A stretch of 64,000 nt of DNA, taken from the NCBI GenBank assembly GCA_036834845.1, contig DAITNB010000001.1, positions 21,121-85,120 on the forward strand, written 5' to 3'. The notes under the pieces were generated by a model. The model was not told the origin of the DNA and did not search any database. It saw nothing but the letters and a program-made list of their open reading frames with translations. The stretch is from a bacterium. Lineage in GTDB: Bacteria; Bacteroidota; Ignavibacteria; Kapaibacteriales; Kapaibacteriaceae. Made by a program: the position numbers and the translations under genes. This document shows positions 56,080 to 64,000 of the stretch, piece after piece (position 1 is the stretch's first letter; the number at the start of each line of letters is the position of its first letter).

Positions 56080-57836
56080 ACATGCCTTTCATAAAGTCCG
56101 TCTATGATATCGGAATAGGCCGCCAACACTGCTTTTCGTTTTACCTTCAGTGTTGGAGTTAACATTCCGTTGTCGATTGTAAATGGCTCCGGCAGAATTG
56201 CGAAACGCCGAACACGTTCGTATTTGGCAAGATCTCGCTGAAGCACGTTGATGTCTGCTTCGATCAGTTTGTGCAAATCGGCAGAGGGATCCTTCGCCAA
56301 CAGTTCCTTCACTACCTCTGCCTGCGGCACAACGAGTGCCGTGCAATACTCACGCGCGTCTCCTACAAGCATTATTTGGTCGATGAGGGGGCTTTGCAGC
56401 AACAATTGTTCAATCGGCTGTGGTGCTATGTTTTTACCGCCGCTCGATACAAGAAGGTGTTTCTTCCGGTCGGTGATCCGCAAATGCCCATTGCTGTCTA
56501 TCTCGCCAATGTCGCCCGTGTGCAGCCAACCGTCTGGAGTTAACACTTCCTTCGTTGCCACATCATTCTTCCAGTACCCTTTCATGATGCTGGGTCCGCG
56601 CACAAGGATTTCGCCATCATCAGCAATACGCACCATTACATTGTCCAGCGGAGGTCCAACCGTTCCAAGAACAATATCGTTAAGACTGTGCACGGCAATC
56701 ACCGGAGACGTTTCTGTAAGTCCATAACCTTCTACAATCCGAATTCCAACAATGCGGAAGAACCGTCCCAATTCGGCCCCGAGTGCTGCTCCGCCCGATA
56801 CGAAGAACCGCAACCGACCGCCCATTCGTTCCCTGATTTTGCTAAAAACCAACCTGTCGGCTAAGGATCGCTGCAAGCGCACGAGCGGACTCGTGTGCCC
56901 CCTATCAAACTCGTCCCCCACGGCCATGGCCCAATGGAAAATCCGTTGTTTACGTGGCGAATCTCGTTCAACAGAACCAAGAATCCGTGCGCGTATTCGC
57001 TCGAACAACCGCGGCACAGACGTCATGATAGTTGGACGCACCTCGCGCATACGTTCGGCTACACTGTCTATAGACTCGGCAATGTATACGCTGGCGCCGG
57101 CAAAAAATGCAAGGTAGTATCCAGACATGCGCTCGTAGCTGTGGCAAAGGGGCAGGTACGATACAAACACATCGGTATCTGTAACGGAAATTCTCTTCAA
57201 TCCCGCCTCGATGTTCGCTACCAGGTTTCCGTGTGTAAGCATCACACCCTTGGGCTCGCCGGTGGTTCCGCTGGTATAGATAATTGTAAGCACGTCTGCG
57301 GCGTGAACACGCTCTGCCATCTGTTCGAGTTTATCGTGTTGTTGCTCCAACGATGTATGGGTGCGCTCAATCTCTATCAGGTTGTCGAGATGTACAACAC
57401 GCCTGTCTTCTATATCAATGGCCTCGATAGTAACAACGAACTGCAGAGACGGCAGCTCTGGCCAAATCTCGAGGATCTTCTTCAGCTGAAACGCGTTCGA
57501 TACAACAACGGCGGCGGCACCGGAGTCTTCAAAGATGTACTGGAGCTGTGGTGCAGTAAGTGTTGGAAACACGGGTACGTCTACAAGTCCTGCGCAGGTG
57601 GCTGCGTAGTTGCATATGGCCCACTCCGTTCGGTTTTCGCTTACAATACCTATTCGATCGCCTGGTACCAATCCCATTCGCAACAAACCAAGGGCTACAC
57701 CGGCAACACTGTCCAACAGCTGATCATGCGTGTGGTAAACCCACTCGCCCCCTTTTCGTTGTGCGTATGCAACCTTGTTGGATACACCCGCAAAGCGGCG
57801 GCACGTAGAGAGAAACATTTGCGGAATTGTAGACAT
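56076..57836 (-). CDS. Long-chain fatty acid--CoA ligase (AMP-forming, FadD-like)
   Basis: 586 aa. AMP-binding motif [21 protein letters not shown], plus ..GYGLTETSP.. and ..[31 protein letters not shown]... Confidence 0.88.
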   Translation of the reverse strand: MSTIPQMFLSTCRRFAGVSNKVAYAQRKGGEWVYHTHDQLLDSVAGVALGLLRMGLVPGDRIGIVSENRTEWAICNYAATCAGLVDVPVFPTLTAPQLQYIFEDSGAAAVVVSNAFQLKKILEIWPELPSLQFVVTIEAIDIEDRRVVHLDNLIEIERTHTSLEQQHDKLEQMAERVHAADVLTIIYTSGTTGEPKGVMLTHGNLVANIEAGLKRISVTDTDVFVSYLPLCHSYERMSGYYLAFFAGASVYIAESIDSVAERMREVRPTIMTSVPRLFERIRARILGSVERDSPRKQRIFHWAMAVGDEFDRGHTSPLVRLQRSLADRLVFSKIRERMGGRLRFFVSGGAALGAELGRFFRIVGIRIVEGYGLTETSPVIAVHSLNDIVLGTVGPPLDNVMVRIADDGEILVRGPSIMKGYWKNDVATKEVLTPDGWLHTGDIGEIDSNGHLRITDRKKHLLVSSGGKNIAPQPIEQLLLQSPLIDQIMLVGDAREYCTALVVPQAEVVKELLAKDPSADLHKLIEADINVLQRDLAKYERVRRFAILPEPFTIDNGMLTPTLKVKRKAVLAAYSDIIDGLYERHV

Positions 57837-57865
57837 GCTAACCTCCTACCGCAATATGTGCCGAA

Positions 57866-59830
57866 TCAGTCGAAGAACGACCAATCAACGCTTAGGCGAA
57901 TAGATCGGGCTATCTCGGGTGCTAAGGCAGTAGTGTACCAACGCTGACCAAGAATATTCTCGAAACTAGCGCGTACGGTTGCGTTACCTACTATGGCAAC
58001 AAGAAATGCGTTCAGTCCATCGTACTGCACCCCGGTGCTTGTAAGGGGTGATGCATAGGTCCAAGACGGTGCCACAAATTGCTGAAACATCGCCGAGGTA
58101 AGGGTAGAACCCGAAACACCAAGTCGGACGGAATTTTTCCCAACCTCATACACAAATGCTACACGCAGCGAAGCCATCACCAAGGGAAAACGTTCATCGC
58201 TTTGCGAATCGGACATTGATGAATGCAGCCGCACGGTTGGACCAATTTCGATGGGACCCGTTCGCCACAATGCGCTGGCCACCGCACCCGCAATAAGCCG
58301 ACTGCTACCATTGGCAAATGCTGCCAGCGGAATGGTTTCTGTTTCCTGCCGAACCACGGACGCCACAATGGGACTCTCAATACGCCTGCCGAAAACAGTT
58401 ACCGATGCCTGTAGCTGAGAAACGTTCCAATTACCGGCAAGCGATACAACAAAGTGTCGCTCTGGAGTGAGGGAAAACCCTTCGTTCGGTGTGGGTGCAC
58501 GTTCTATGGTTGCTGCGTCAAATGTATACCGAGACGCTCCACCACCATACACAAGTCCAACGCCGGCGCCACTGAGAAGTTGTTGTTGCTCATAGGCAAA
58601 TCGGGCCGCCACCTTGGCCGTGAGTTCCTCGGAAAATGGTATCCGAAGATGGGCAAATGCCTGAGGAAGTACATTGGTTTGCGCTGCGGTGTACACACTT
58701 TGACCTGTGGTGCGGTACTCCGCACCAACGCCTACTCGTAGTCGTAACGTACCCAGTTGTTGGTCTAACCGGGCAATGCCCCCTACCATACCGCCATGAA
58801 TAGTTACGCCTCGGCCTGTGTCTGCAAGTGAGGTATAGAGTGTAGAGTCTCGCAACCGCAGGAGCGAAGCAGCAGTACCGTAGGCAACAGTGCTGAGTAC
58901 GGACGACGAATCGTCACCAAGGATCTGTGTGAAGGTAGCGGTAAGGTCGTGCCTGCGCGACTCGTCGCGCAGTTCAACGTTCACAACTGGTGCGGCATCT
59001 TCGGTGAAGCGCGAATCGAGTGCAATGGTTCGCAAACCACCCCAGAGATCTGTATTGTGCGAGGCAAGCTGGTACTCCACGAGCAGGTGCTGTTGCGCAC
59101 TCATCGTCCAGCGAATGCCTGCACGAACATTCCAGATATCGAAGCCGGTGTTCACGTAGCGTCCGCGTGCTCCACTTCTGCGAACACCAACACTGAGGTT
59201 CAGGTTTTCGGCCACGTTCTGCGAAAACGTTGCGTCTGCACCAATGATATCGCCGCCACCCTGATGATACCACAAGGCGGTATATGGCGTAGCGGTATTG
59301 TGGATCATGGACTGCATGTTTACCGCCGAGAGCGTCATCCCGGGCGCCAACCCCACAGCATCTGTACCGGTGAGAACTTCTACGCGTTCAAGAGCGGCCG
59401 GCTGTGCCTGTACCAATTGGAACATGCCAGACCAGGGGTCGGACAACGGCCTTCCATCGATACTCACTCCAAGATCAACGTTTGCACCGCCAAGCACGCT
59501 AATGGCATCATGCTGTCCGAAGCCCCCATGGGAAAGGGGCATCCAGGGCGTAGATAGTGCAAGCGCATCTGCAAGCTGCGAATACGCCAAAGTGCGCATC
59601 GTGCGTTTTGTGATCTCGTTGCTAAGCTCTGTGCTGTCTATAGAAAGTCTGCCAAGATGTTTCCACGATGCAAGCAGCGAGTCTGGCCTAATTATCGTGC
59701 GCTGGGTAAACGCGGTATCGCGCGCCGGCGGGAGGTTCGACGGCGGCGTTTGCTGTTGAGCAAACATGGCGATCGGCGCAAGCGCGCCGATCGCCAGGAT
59801 TTTAGCTTTCCGTGGTAGTGTTCTCAGCAC
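57866..59830 (-). CDS. TonB-dependent-receptor-like outer-membrane beta-barrel protein
   Basis: Plug-like segment ..[39 protein letters not shown].., then about 500 aa of alternating beta-strand pattern. I prefer the GTG start at 59830, giving (M)[25 protein letters not shown] (signal peptide). The longest ORF (59908) overlaps gyrA by 107 nt; the GTG start still overlaps it by 29 nt. Confidence 0.55.
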   Translation of the reverse strand: MLRTLPRKAKILAIGALAPIAMFAQQQTPPSNLPPARDTAFTQRTIIRPDSLLASWKHLGRLSIDSTELSNEITKRTMRTLAYSQLADALALSTPWMPLSHGGFGQHDAISVLGGANVDLGVSIDGRPLSDPWSGMFQLVQAQPAALERVEVLTGTDAVGLAPGMTLSAVNMQSMIHNTATPYTALWYHQGGGDIIGADATFSQNVAENLNLSVGVRRSGARGRYVNTGFDIWNVRAGIRWTMSAQQHLLVEYQLASHNTDLWGGLRTIALDSRFTEDAAPVVNVELRDESRRHDLTATFTQILGDDSSSVLSTVAYGTAASLLRLRDSTLYTSLADTGRGVTIHGGMVGGIARLDQQLGTLRLRVGVGAEYRTTGQSVYTAAQTNVLPQAFAHLRIPFSEELTAKVAARFAYEQQQLLSGAGVGLVYGGGASRYTFDAATIERAPTPNEGFSLTPERHFVVSLAGNWNVSQLQASVTVFGRRIESPIVASVVRQETETIPLAAFANGSSRLIAGAVASALWRTGPIEIGPTVRLHSSMSDSQSDERFPLVMASLRVAFVYEVGKNSVRLGVSGSTLTSAMFQQFVAPSWTYASPLTSTGVQYDGLNAFLVAIVGNATVRASFENILGQRWYTTALAPEIARSIRLSVDWSFFD

Positions 59831-62297
59831 CGGTAAGGTCCACCGTGTCCTCAGAAGATTCTTCGTCTTCTTCCCGAGTAACCGTTGTGATATCGGCAAT
59901 TTGATCACCCTCTTCGAGGCGAATCAACCGCACACCTTGGGTGTTACGCCCAAGCTGACGTATATCCTTTACCGGCTGACGTATGAGGATGCCGTTGGTG
60001 GTGATTACAACAAGGTCCTCGGTATCGTGCACTTCGAGGATAGCACAAATTGGACCCGTCTTCTCGGTCTGGTTCATCGCGATTACACCCTTTGCACCGC
60101 GCTTCGTCATGCGGAACTCGTCTACAACGGTGCGTTTACCAACACCACGCGATCCAACCACTACAATTTGTGCATCGCTTCTGCGAACGGCCGTAAGGGA
60201 GATAACATGGTTGCCTTCTACAAGGGAAATACCCTTTACACCAGCCGCCGTTCTACCCATTGACCGAACGTCGGATTCCGGGAATCGCACTGCAAGTCCG
60301 TTCGAGGCGCCGATAAGAATCTCCATCTTACCATCGGTGAGGCGCGCGCCAATGAGACGGTCTTCCTCATCGAGATTTACGGCAATGATGCCGTTCGAGC
60401 GCACGTTGGCAAAGTCCTTAAGAGACGTCTTCTTTACGGTGCCAAACTTGGTTGCCATAAAGATGTAGAGGTCATCACGGTCGAAGTCTGTAACGCTAAG
60501 GTATGCAGTTACTTTTTCGTCTTGCTGCTTGTGAATTACGTTCGCAATAGACCTGCCTTTGGCGTTGCGCGACCCTTCGGGGATATCGTAGACTTTCTGA
60601 CGGTATACTCTTCCACGATCGGTGAAGAACAGGAGATAGTGGTGCGTAGATGCACGGAAGACTACCTCTACCCAATCGTCATCGTACGTTCCTGCGCCGG
60701 CAACACCTCTGCCTCCCCGGTGCTGCCTGCGATAGGTGGCAACTGGAGTGCGCTTAATGAAGCCGTTGTGCGAGATAGACACAATCACCTCTTCGTTGGC
60801 AATCATGTCTTCGAGCGTAAAGTCTTTTGCGTCGTATACAACCTGCGTGCGACGCTCATCGCCATGTTTCGCGGCAAGATCGAGGAGCTCTTGCCCAATG
60901 ATCTGCATCTGGAGTTCCTTACTTGCAAGGATGGCGCGTAGACGCTCGATGGTTTCGATGATTTCGCGGTATTCAGCCTGGATTTTTTCGCGCTCAAGTC
61001 CGGTAAGACGTTGCAGGCGCATGTCGAGGATTGCCTTGGCCTGTATCTCCGACAAGCTGAACCGTTTTTGCAAACGCTCCGAAGCTTGCTGGGCGTCTTT
61101 CGACTCCTTAATGGTCTTAATCACTTCGTCGATATTGTCGAGCGCAATGATAAAACCTTCCAAGATGTGTGCACGCTTTTCGGCAGCATCTAGGTCGAAC
61201 TGGGTACGCCGGACAACAACTTCTACACGATGCTTAAGGAACTCTTCGATGAGTTCCTTCAGTGTAAGGATTCGCGGACGTCCATTTACAAGCGCCAGCA
61301 TAATTACGCCGAACGTAACCTGCATTTGTGTGTGCTTGTACAGGTTGTTGAGCACAACCATTGGAACACCATCGCGCTTGAGTTCAATAACGATGCGCAT
61401 TCCTTCGCGGTCAGACTCGTCCCGAATGTCGCTGATGTCTTCGAGTGATTTCGCTTTTACAAGGTCTGCAATCTTTTCGATCAACCCGGCCTTACTTACT
61501 TGGTACGGAAGCTCTGTAATAACAATTGCTTCCCTACCCTGCTTGTTTGTTTCAATGCTTGCCTTGGCACGAACGAGGATCTTCCCTCTTCCCGTTGTAT
61601 AGGCATTCCGAACACCTTCGTATCCATAGATGATGCCACCGGTTGGAAAGTCGGGTGCCGAAACGTACTTGAGAAGCTCTTCGTTGGTAATCGAGGGGTC
61701 TGCGATAACAGCAGAAATACCGTTAACTATCTCACGAAGGTTATGCGGAGGAATGTTTGTTGCCATACCAACGGCAATGCCGTTGGCGCCGTTAACGAGT
61801 AATGTTGGCAGAACGGACGGCAGTACCGTTGGCTCTTGGAGAGAATCATCGAAGTTCGAACGAAACTCAACGGTATTCTTGTCCAAATCGCGCAGTACTT
61901 CGAGTGCAAGATTGTCCATCCTTGCTTCGGTGTACCTCATGGCTGCCGGCGAGTCGCCGTCTACCGATCCAAAGTTGCCTTGTCCGTCTATCAATGGATA
62001 CCGCATCGACCAGGTTTGTGCCAGGCGAACCATTGCGTCGTACACGGCGGAGTCGCCATGGGGGTGGTATTTACCCAGCACCTCGCCCACGATACGGGCA
62101 GATTTCTTGTAGGGTCTGTTGGGCATCATGCCCAATTCGTACATAGCGTAAAGAATACGCCTATGAACAGGTTTTAGACCGTCTCGCACGTCCGGAAGGG
62201 CGCGCGAGACGATAACGGACATTGAATAATCGAGATACGAATCCCGCATCTCGTCCTCCATTAGGACGGGCAGGATTTTTTCGTTGTATAAGGCCAT
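59802..62297 (-). CDS. gyrA: DNA gyrase subunit A
   Basis: ..[57 protein letters not shown].. (active-site Tyr region ..AMRYTEARM..). It has C-terminal beta-pinwheel repeats and an acidic tail. Confidence 0.97.
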   Translation of the reverse strand: MALYNEKILPVLMEDEMRDSYLDYSMSVIVSRALPDVRDGLKPVHRRILYAMYELGMMPNRPYKKSARIVGEVLGKYHPHGDSAVYDAMVRLAQTWSMRYPLIDGQGNFGSVDGDSPAAMRYTEARMDNLALEVLRDLDKNTVEFRSNFDDSLQEPTVLPSVLPTLLVNGANGIAVGMATNIPPHNLREIVNGISAVIADPSITNEELLKYVSAPDFPTGGIIYGYEGVRNAYTTGRGKILVRAKASIETNKQGREAIVITELPYQVSKAGLIEKIADLVKAKSLEDISDIRDESDREGMRIVIELKRDGVPMVVLNNLYKHTQMQVTFGVIMLALVNGRPRILTLKELIEEFLKHRVEVVVRRTQFDLDAAEKRAHILEGFIIALDNIDEVIKTIKESKDAQQASERLQKRFSLSEIQAKAILDMRLQRLTGLEREKIQAEYREIIETIERLRAILASKELQMQIIGQELLDLAAKHGDERRTQVVYDAKDFTLEDMIANEEVIVSISHNGFIKRTPVATYRRQHRGGRGVAGAGTYDDDWVEVVFRASTHHYLLFFTDRGRVYRQKVYDIPEGSRNAKGRSIANVIHKQQDEKVTAYLSVTDFDRDDLYIFMATKFGTVKKTSLKDFANVRSNGIIAVNLDEEDRLIGARLTDGKMEILIGASNGLAVRFPESDVRSMGRTAAGVKGISLVEGNHVISLTAVRRSDAQIVVVGSRGVGKRTVVDEFRMTKRGAKGVIAMNQTEKTGPICAILEVHDTEDLVVITTNGILIRQPVKDIRQLGRNTQGVRLIRLEEGDQIADITTVTREEDEESSEDTVDLTGAENTTTES

Positions 62298-62329
62298 ATC
62301 CCCGGTGTTTCGGCGTTCGTGAGAAGCGG

Positions 62330-62337
62330 CAAAGTTA
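62330..62337 (-). promoter_or_regulatory. -7 box TAACTTTG (context CGTAACTTTG) upstream of gyrA
   Basis: Perfect TAnnTTTG on the minus strand, 32 nt upstream of the ATG at 62297. Confidence 0.4.
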
Positions 62338-62365
62338 CGAAATCACAGCGTCCTAAATGGGGCTT

Positions 62366-64000
62366 TTACCTCAGTATTATAAGTCCTCCGGTGGCTGCAG
62401 AGGCCTCTGTGCCCTGAGAGTTTTCCACACTAATGCGCCACCAGTACGGACCAACGGGAAGCATCTGTCCGGCATCGCCAAATCCATCCCACGAGACGTA
62501 TGCCCTACCCACCGGAATAACTCCGGAAAGCGAGCGCACCCGCCTTCCTTGAGTGTCGTACACATCAATTCGCACGGCCGATGTTGGAGTGGTAGCAACA
62601 TGGTCTACAACAAACGTTACCGCTCCCTCCGTGGGATTCGGTACCACCTGTGTTTCTTGTACAACCACGTCTGTAGTGGTTATGAGTGGCACTTCTACGG
62701 TGTCTGAGTTATCTCCGGCATCTGTGGCACGAACGATAAGAAGATTGTCGCCGAGTTCGAGTGGGAACACAAATTGCAAAGCAGCACGGACGTTCTGGCC
62801 GGGCCATAATGCTTCTGCTTCTGCTGTTGGAATAAAACGAAATCCGGTGGTATTGTCTGCACGAATGCGCGTACCATTTACGAACACGATAAGTTTTGTG
62901 GGGTCGGTTATGGGAAGGGGCGAATTATCGCGCATGCGAATGTCGAACTGTGGCTCGCGATACACCGTGCCCCCCGCAGGCAGGTATCTGCCGTCGATGA
63001 TTATGTCGATGGTTGGTGGCTCTTGATCCGCGCCAATTGTTAACCGTGCTGTGGCGCGGTCTCTCACGCGGTAGAGTTCGGGGTCTACTACCCCTATGGT
63101 TGTTTGCACAGTAGCAACCGGAGGCAAAGACGCTGTGGGTATGTCTATTGGAGTGATACTTTTTGCATCGGAAGCAATGACTCCTATCTGAATGTTCTGT
63201 CGGCTTACTTCGCCACCGGCGCTGTTCCGAACGGTAGTAATAACCTGCGTTGGCGGTGCACTCCACAAGGTGCGAGCGTTTCGAATGGTAAGTATACCTT
63301 GTGCTGTGTCTCCACGCGCTACGGTTGTTTGCGCAAACTGGAGTGCATTGTTTTCTAACAGCCATTGCGGCAGTGGTTCGTACTGCGCATCAACACTACG
63401 CACGTATGCCTCTGGCTGCTCCTCGGTGCCTGTTACATTCCACTGGTAAAATACTGTCGGTATGGACGTGTCGGCACCGGTAGGTGTCCATTGTAGCTCT
63501 GTTCCAAGCACCACGGGCGGTGTTCCCGCACTAGACACTCCGTAGAGCGTGCTCTGAACGTTTGCCGATGCATCAACACTGGAGCTCTTCCAACGCCGCG
63601 CTGGACCAATGGCTGGACTCGACGCGCTGCCTCCGGGATAGTGAAACACGCACGTGTCGAGAGCAGTTACCATAAACTGGGGTGCCCCCTTCCAACTCTC
63701 TGCAATACCATCGGTTCCGTAGTTGGCGCCACCTACAAATGCGTACGAGCTGGCAAGTGTAAGTGAGTCTGCAAGTTGTGCGCCGAACACACGGAGCTGT
63801 GCGCGGAGTGTATCGATTAATCCGTCGGAGACGAAACGCGCGAACGACTCGTTACACGCGGCAATAATTACACGGTCGGTTGATCGAATAGAATCGCGGA
63901 GGTAGGTTATGCACTCGCGCGCAAATCCGTAGTGACCCGTTTCGATGGGAAGTGGATCGGCCGATGTGTCGTATCTGCGTATAGCAACAGGCACCGAGTC
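62366..64000 (-). CDS. C-terminal part of a large secreted protein; possible clan-CD (C25 gingipain/PorU-like) peptidase remnant at the window edge plus Ig-like repeats and a FlgD-Ig/T9SS-type C-terminal domain
   Basis: The reading frame is open to the right window edge, so the true start is probably outside. The C-terminal ~90 aa (..VVPNPTEGAVTFVVDHV..VRIDVYDTQGRRVRSLSG..VSWDGFGDAGQMLPVGPYWWRI..) resemble FlgD-Ig / T9SS sorting domains. Near the edge, ..ETGHYGF..(20 aa)..RVIIAACNESF resembles the His...(hydrophobic)4-Ala-Cys dyad of clan CD peptidases. This last point is weak. Confidence 0.5.
   Translation of the reverse strand, partial: DSVPVAIRRYDTSADPLPIETGHYGFARECITYLRDSIRSTDRVIIAACNESFARFVSDGLIDTLRAQLRVFGAQLADSLTLASSYAFVGGANYGTDGIAESWKGAPQFMVTALDTCVFHYPGGSASSPAIGPARRWKSSSVDASANVQSTLYGVSSAGTPPVVLGTELQWTPTGADTSIPTVFYQWNVTGTEEQPEAYVRSVDAQYEPLPQWLLENNALQFAQTTVARGDTAQGILTIRNARTLWSAPPTQVITTVRNSAGGEVSRQNIQIGVIASDAKSITPIDIPTASLPPVATVQTTIGVVDPELYRVRDRATARLTIGADQEPPTIDIIIDGRYLPAGGTVYREPQFDIRMRDNSPLPITDPTKLIVFVNGTRIRADNTTGFRFIPTAEAEALWPGQNVRAALQFVFPLELGDNLLIVRATDAGDNSDTVEVPLITTTDVVVQETQVVPNPTEGAVTFVVDHVATTPTSAVRIDVYDTQGRRVRSLSGVIPVGRAYVSWDGFGDAGQMLPVGPYWWRISVENSQGTEASAATGGLIILR

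Noticed and set aside
53586-57836. Whether tRNA-Met marks the edge of a horizontally acquired island carrying the PKS cassette
   Set aside because: I saw no integrase, transposase or phage gene. I noticed no direct repeat of the tRNA 3' end, although I could not scan exhaustively. The flanking genes use the same promoter-box grammar as the rest of the window. Composition statistics were not computed.
56895-57947. A 350-aa plus-strand ORF spanning the acyl-CoA ligase 5' half and the end of the barrel gene
   Set aside because: It is antisense to a gene with clear AMP-binding motifs. It also crosses a gene boundary on the other strand, which real genes rarely do here. It has no recognisable domain.
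60736-61602. A 288-aa plus-strand ORF inside gyrA
   Set aside because: It is antisense to a highly conserved part of GyrA. It is Ser/Arg/Met-rich low-complexity sequence with no motif support.
1-64000. A search by eye for CRISPR arrays, rRNA, IS elements, toxin-antitoxin pairs, restriction-modification systems or other defence islands
   Set aside because: I found no regularly spaced repeats, no cas, transposase or integrase-like ORFs, and no unassigned multi-gene block. Intergenic regions are all 165 nt or shorter. The inspection was manual, so short or degenerate repeats could have been missed.

Overview
This is a dense chromosomal window (roughly 90% coding, mostly on the minus strand). 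I count about 59 protein genes and one tRNA. I recognised no rRNA, CRISPR array, transposase, integrase or phage genes.

All family calls come from reading motifs in the supplied translations and from my own hand translations. No BLAST or HMM search was possible.

The organism looks like a member of the FCB group (Bacteroidota / Ignavibacteriota / Chlorobiota-like). The evidence is:
- a Bacteroides-type -7 promoter box (TAnnTTTG) recurs upstream of operon-leading genes;
- Shine-Dalgarno sequences are mostly absent;
- there is an ExbB-ExbD-ExbD-TonB-PBP-TPR cluster;
- bshA is present;
- one secreted protein ends in a T9SS/FlgD-Ig-like C-terminal domain.

Housekeeping blocks:
- a YejABEF/Opp-like peptide ABC importer (1-5312);
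- yceD-rpmF-plsX-fabH-fabD-fabG-acpP-fabF-rnc (24401 down to 17540);
- hup, pyrB, carB, prmC;
- kdsA-lptC-tpiA-pgsA-pgpA;
- ftsK, uvrA, etfBA, gyrA.

Candidates for something new, in order of interest:
1. A four-gene type III PKS cassette: acyl-CoA ligase, nitroreductase-fold protein, type III PKS, ICMT-type methyltransferase (53687-57836).
2. A tripartite ABC/HlyD/TolC exporter (46293-51140). Its ABC protein has a cysteine-free C39-like N-domain, a His-rich linker and a degenerate signature motif, and no cargo gene lies nearby.
3. A STAS (anti-sigma-antagonist-like) gene translationally coupled to exbB, at the head of an 8-gene Ton operon (24476-30446).
4. A 1030-aa protein fusing a gluzincin protease, a PD40 propeller and an Omp85 barrel (14401-17505).
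5. A strong terminator wedged between hup and pyrB, followed by a -7 box only 5 nt from the pyrB ATG.

Gene starts were often re-picked from the longest-ORF track, using signal peptides, neighbouring stop codons and promoter boxes. Alternatives are given in the evidence fields.
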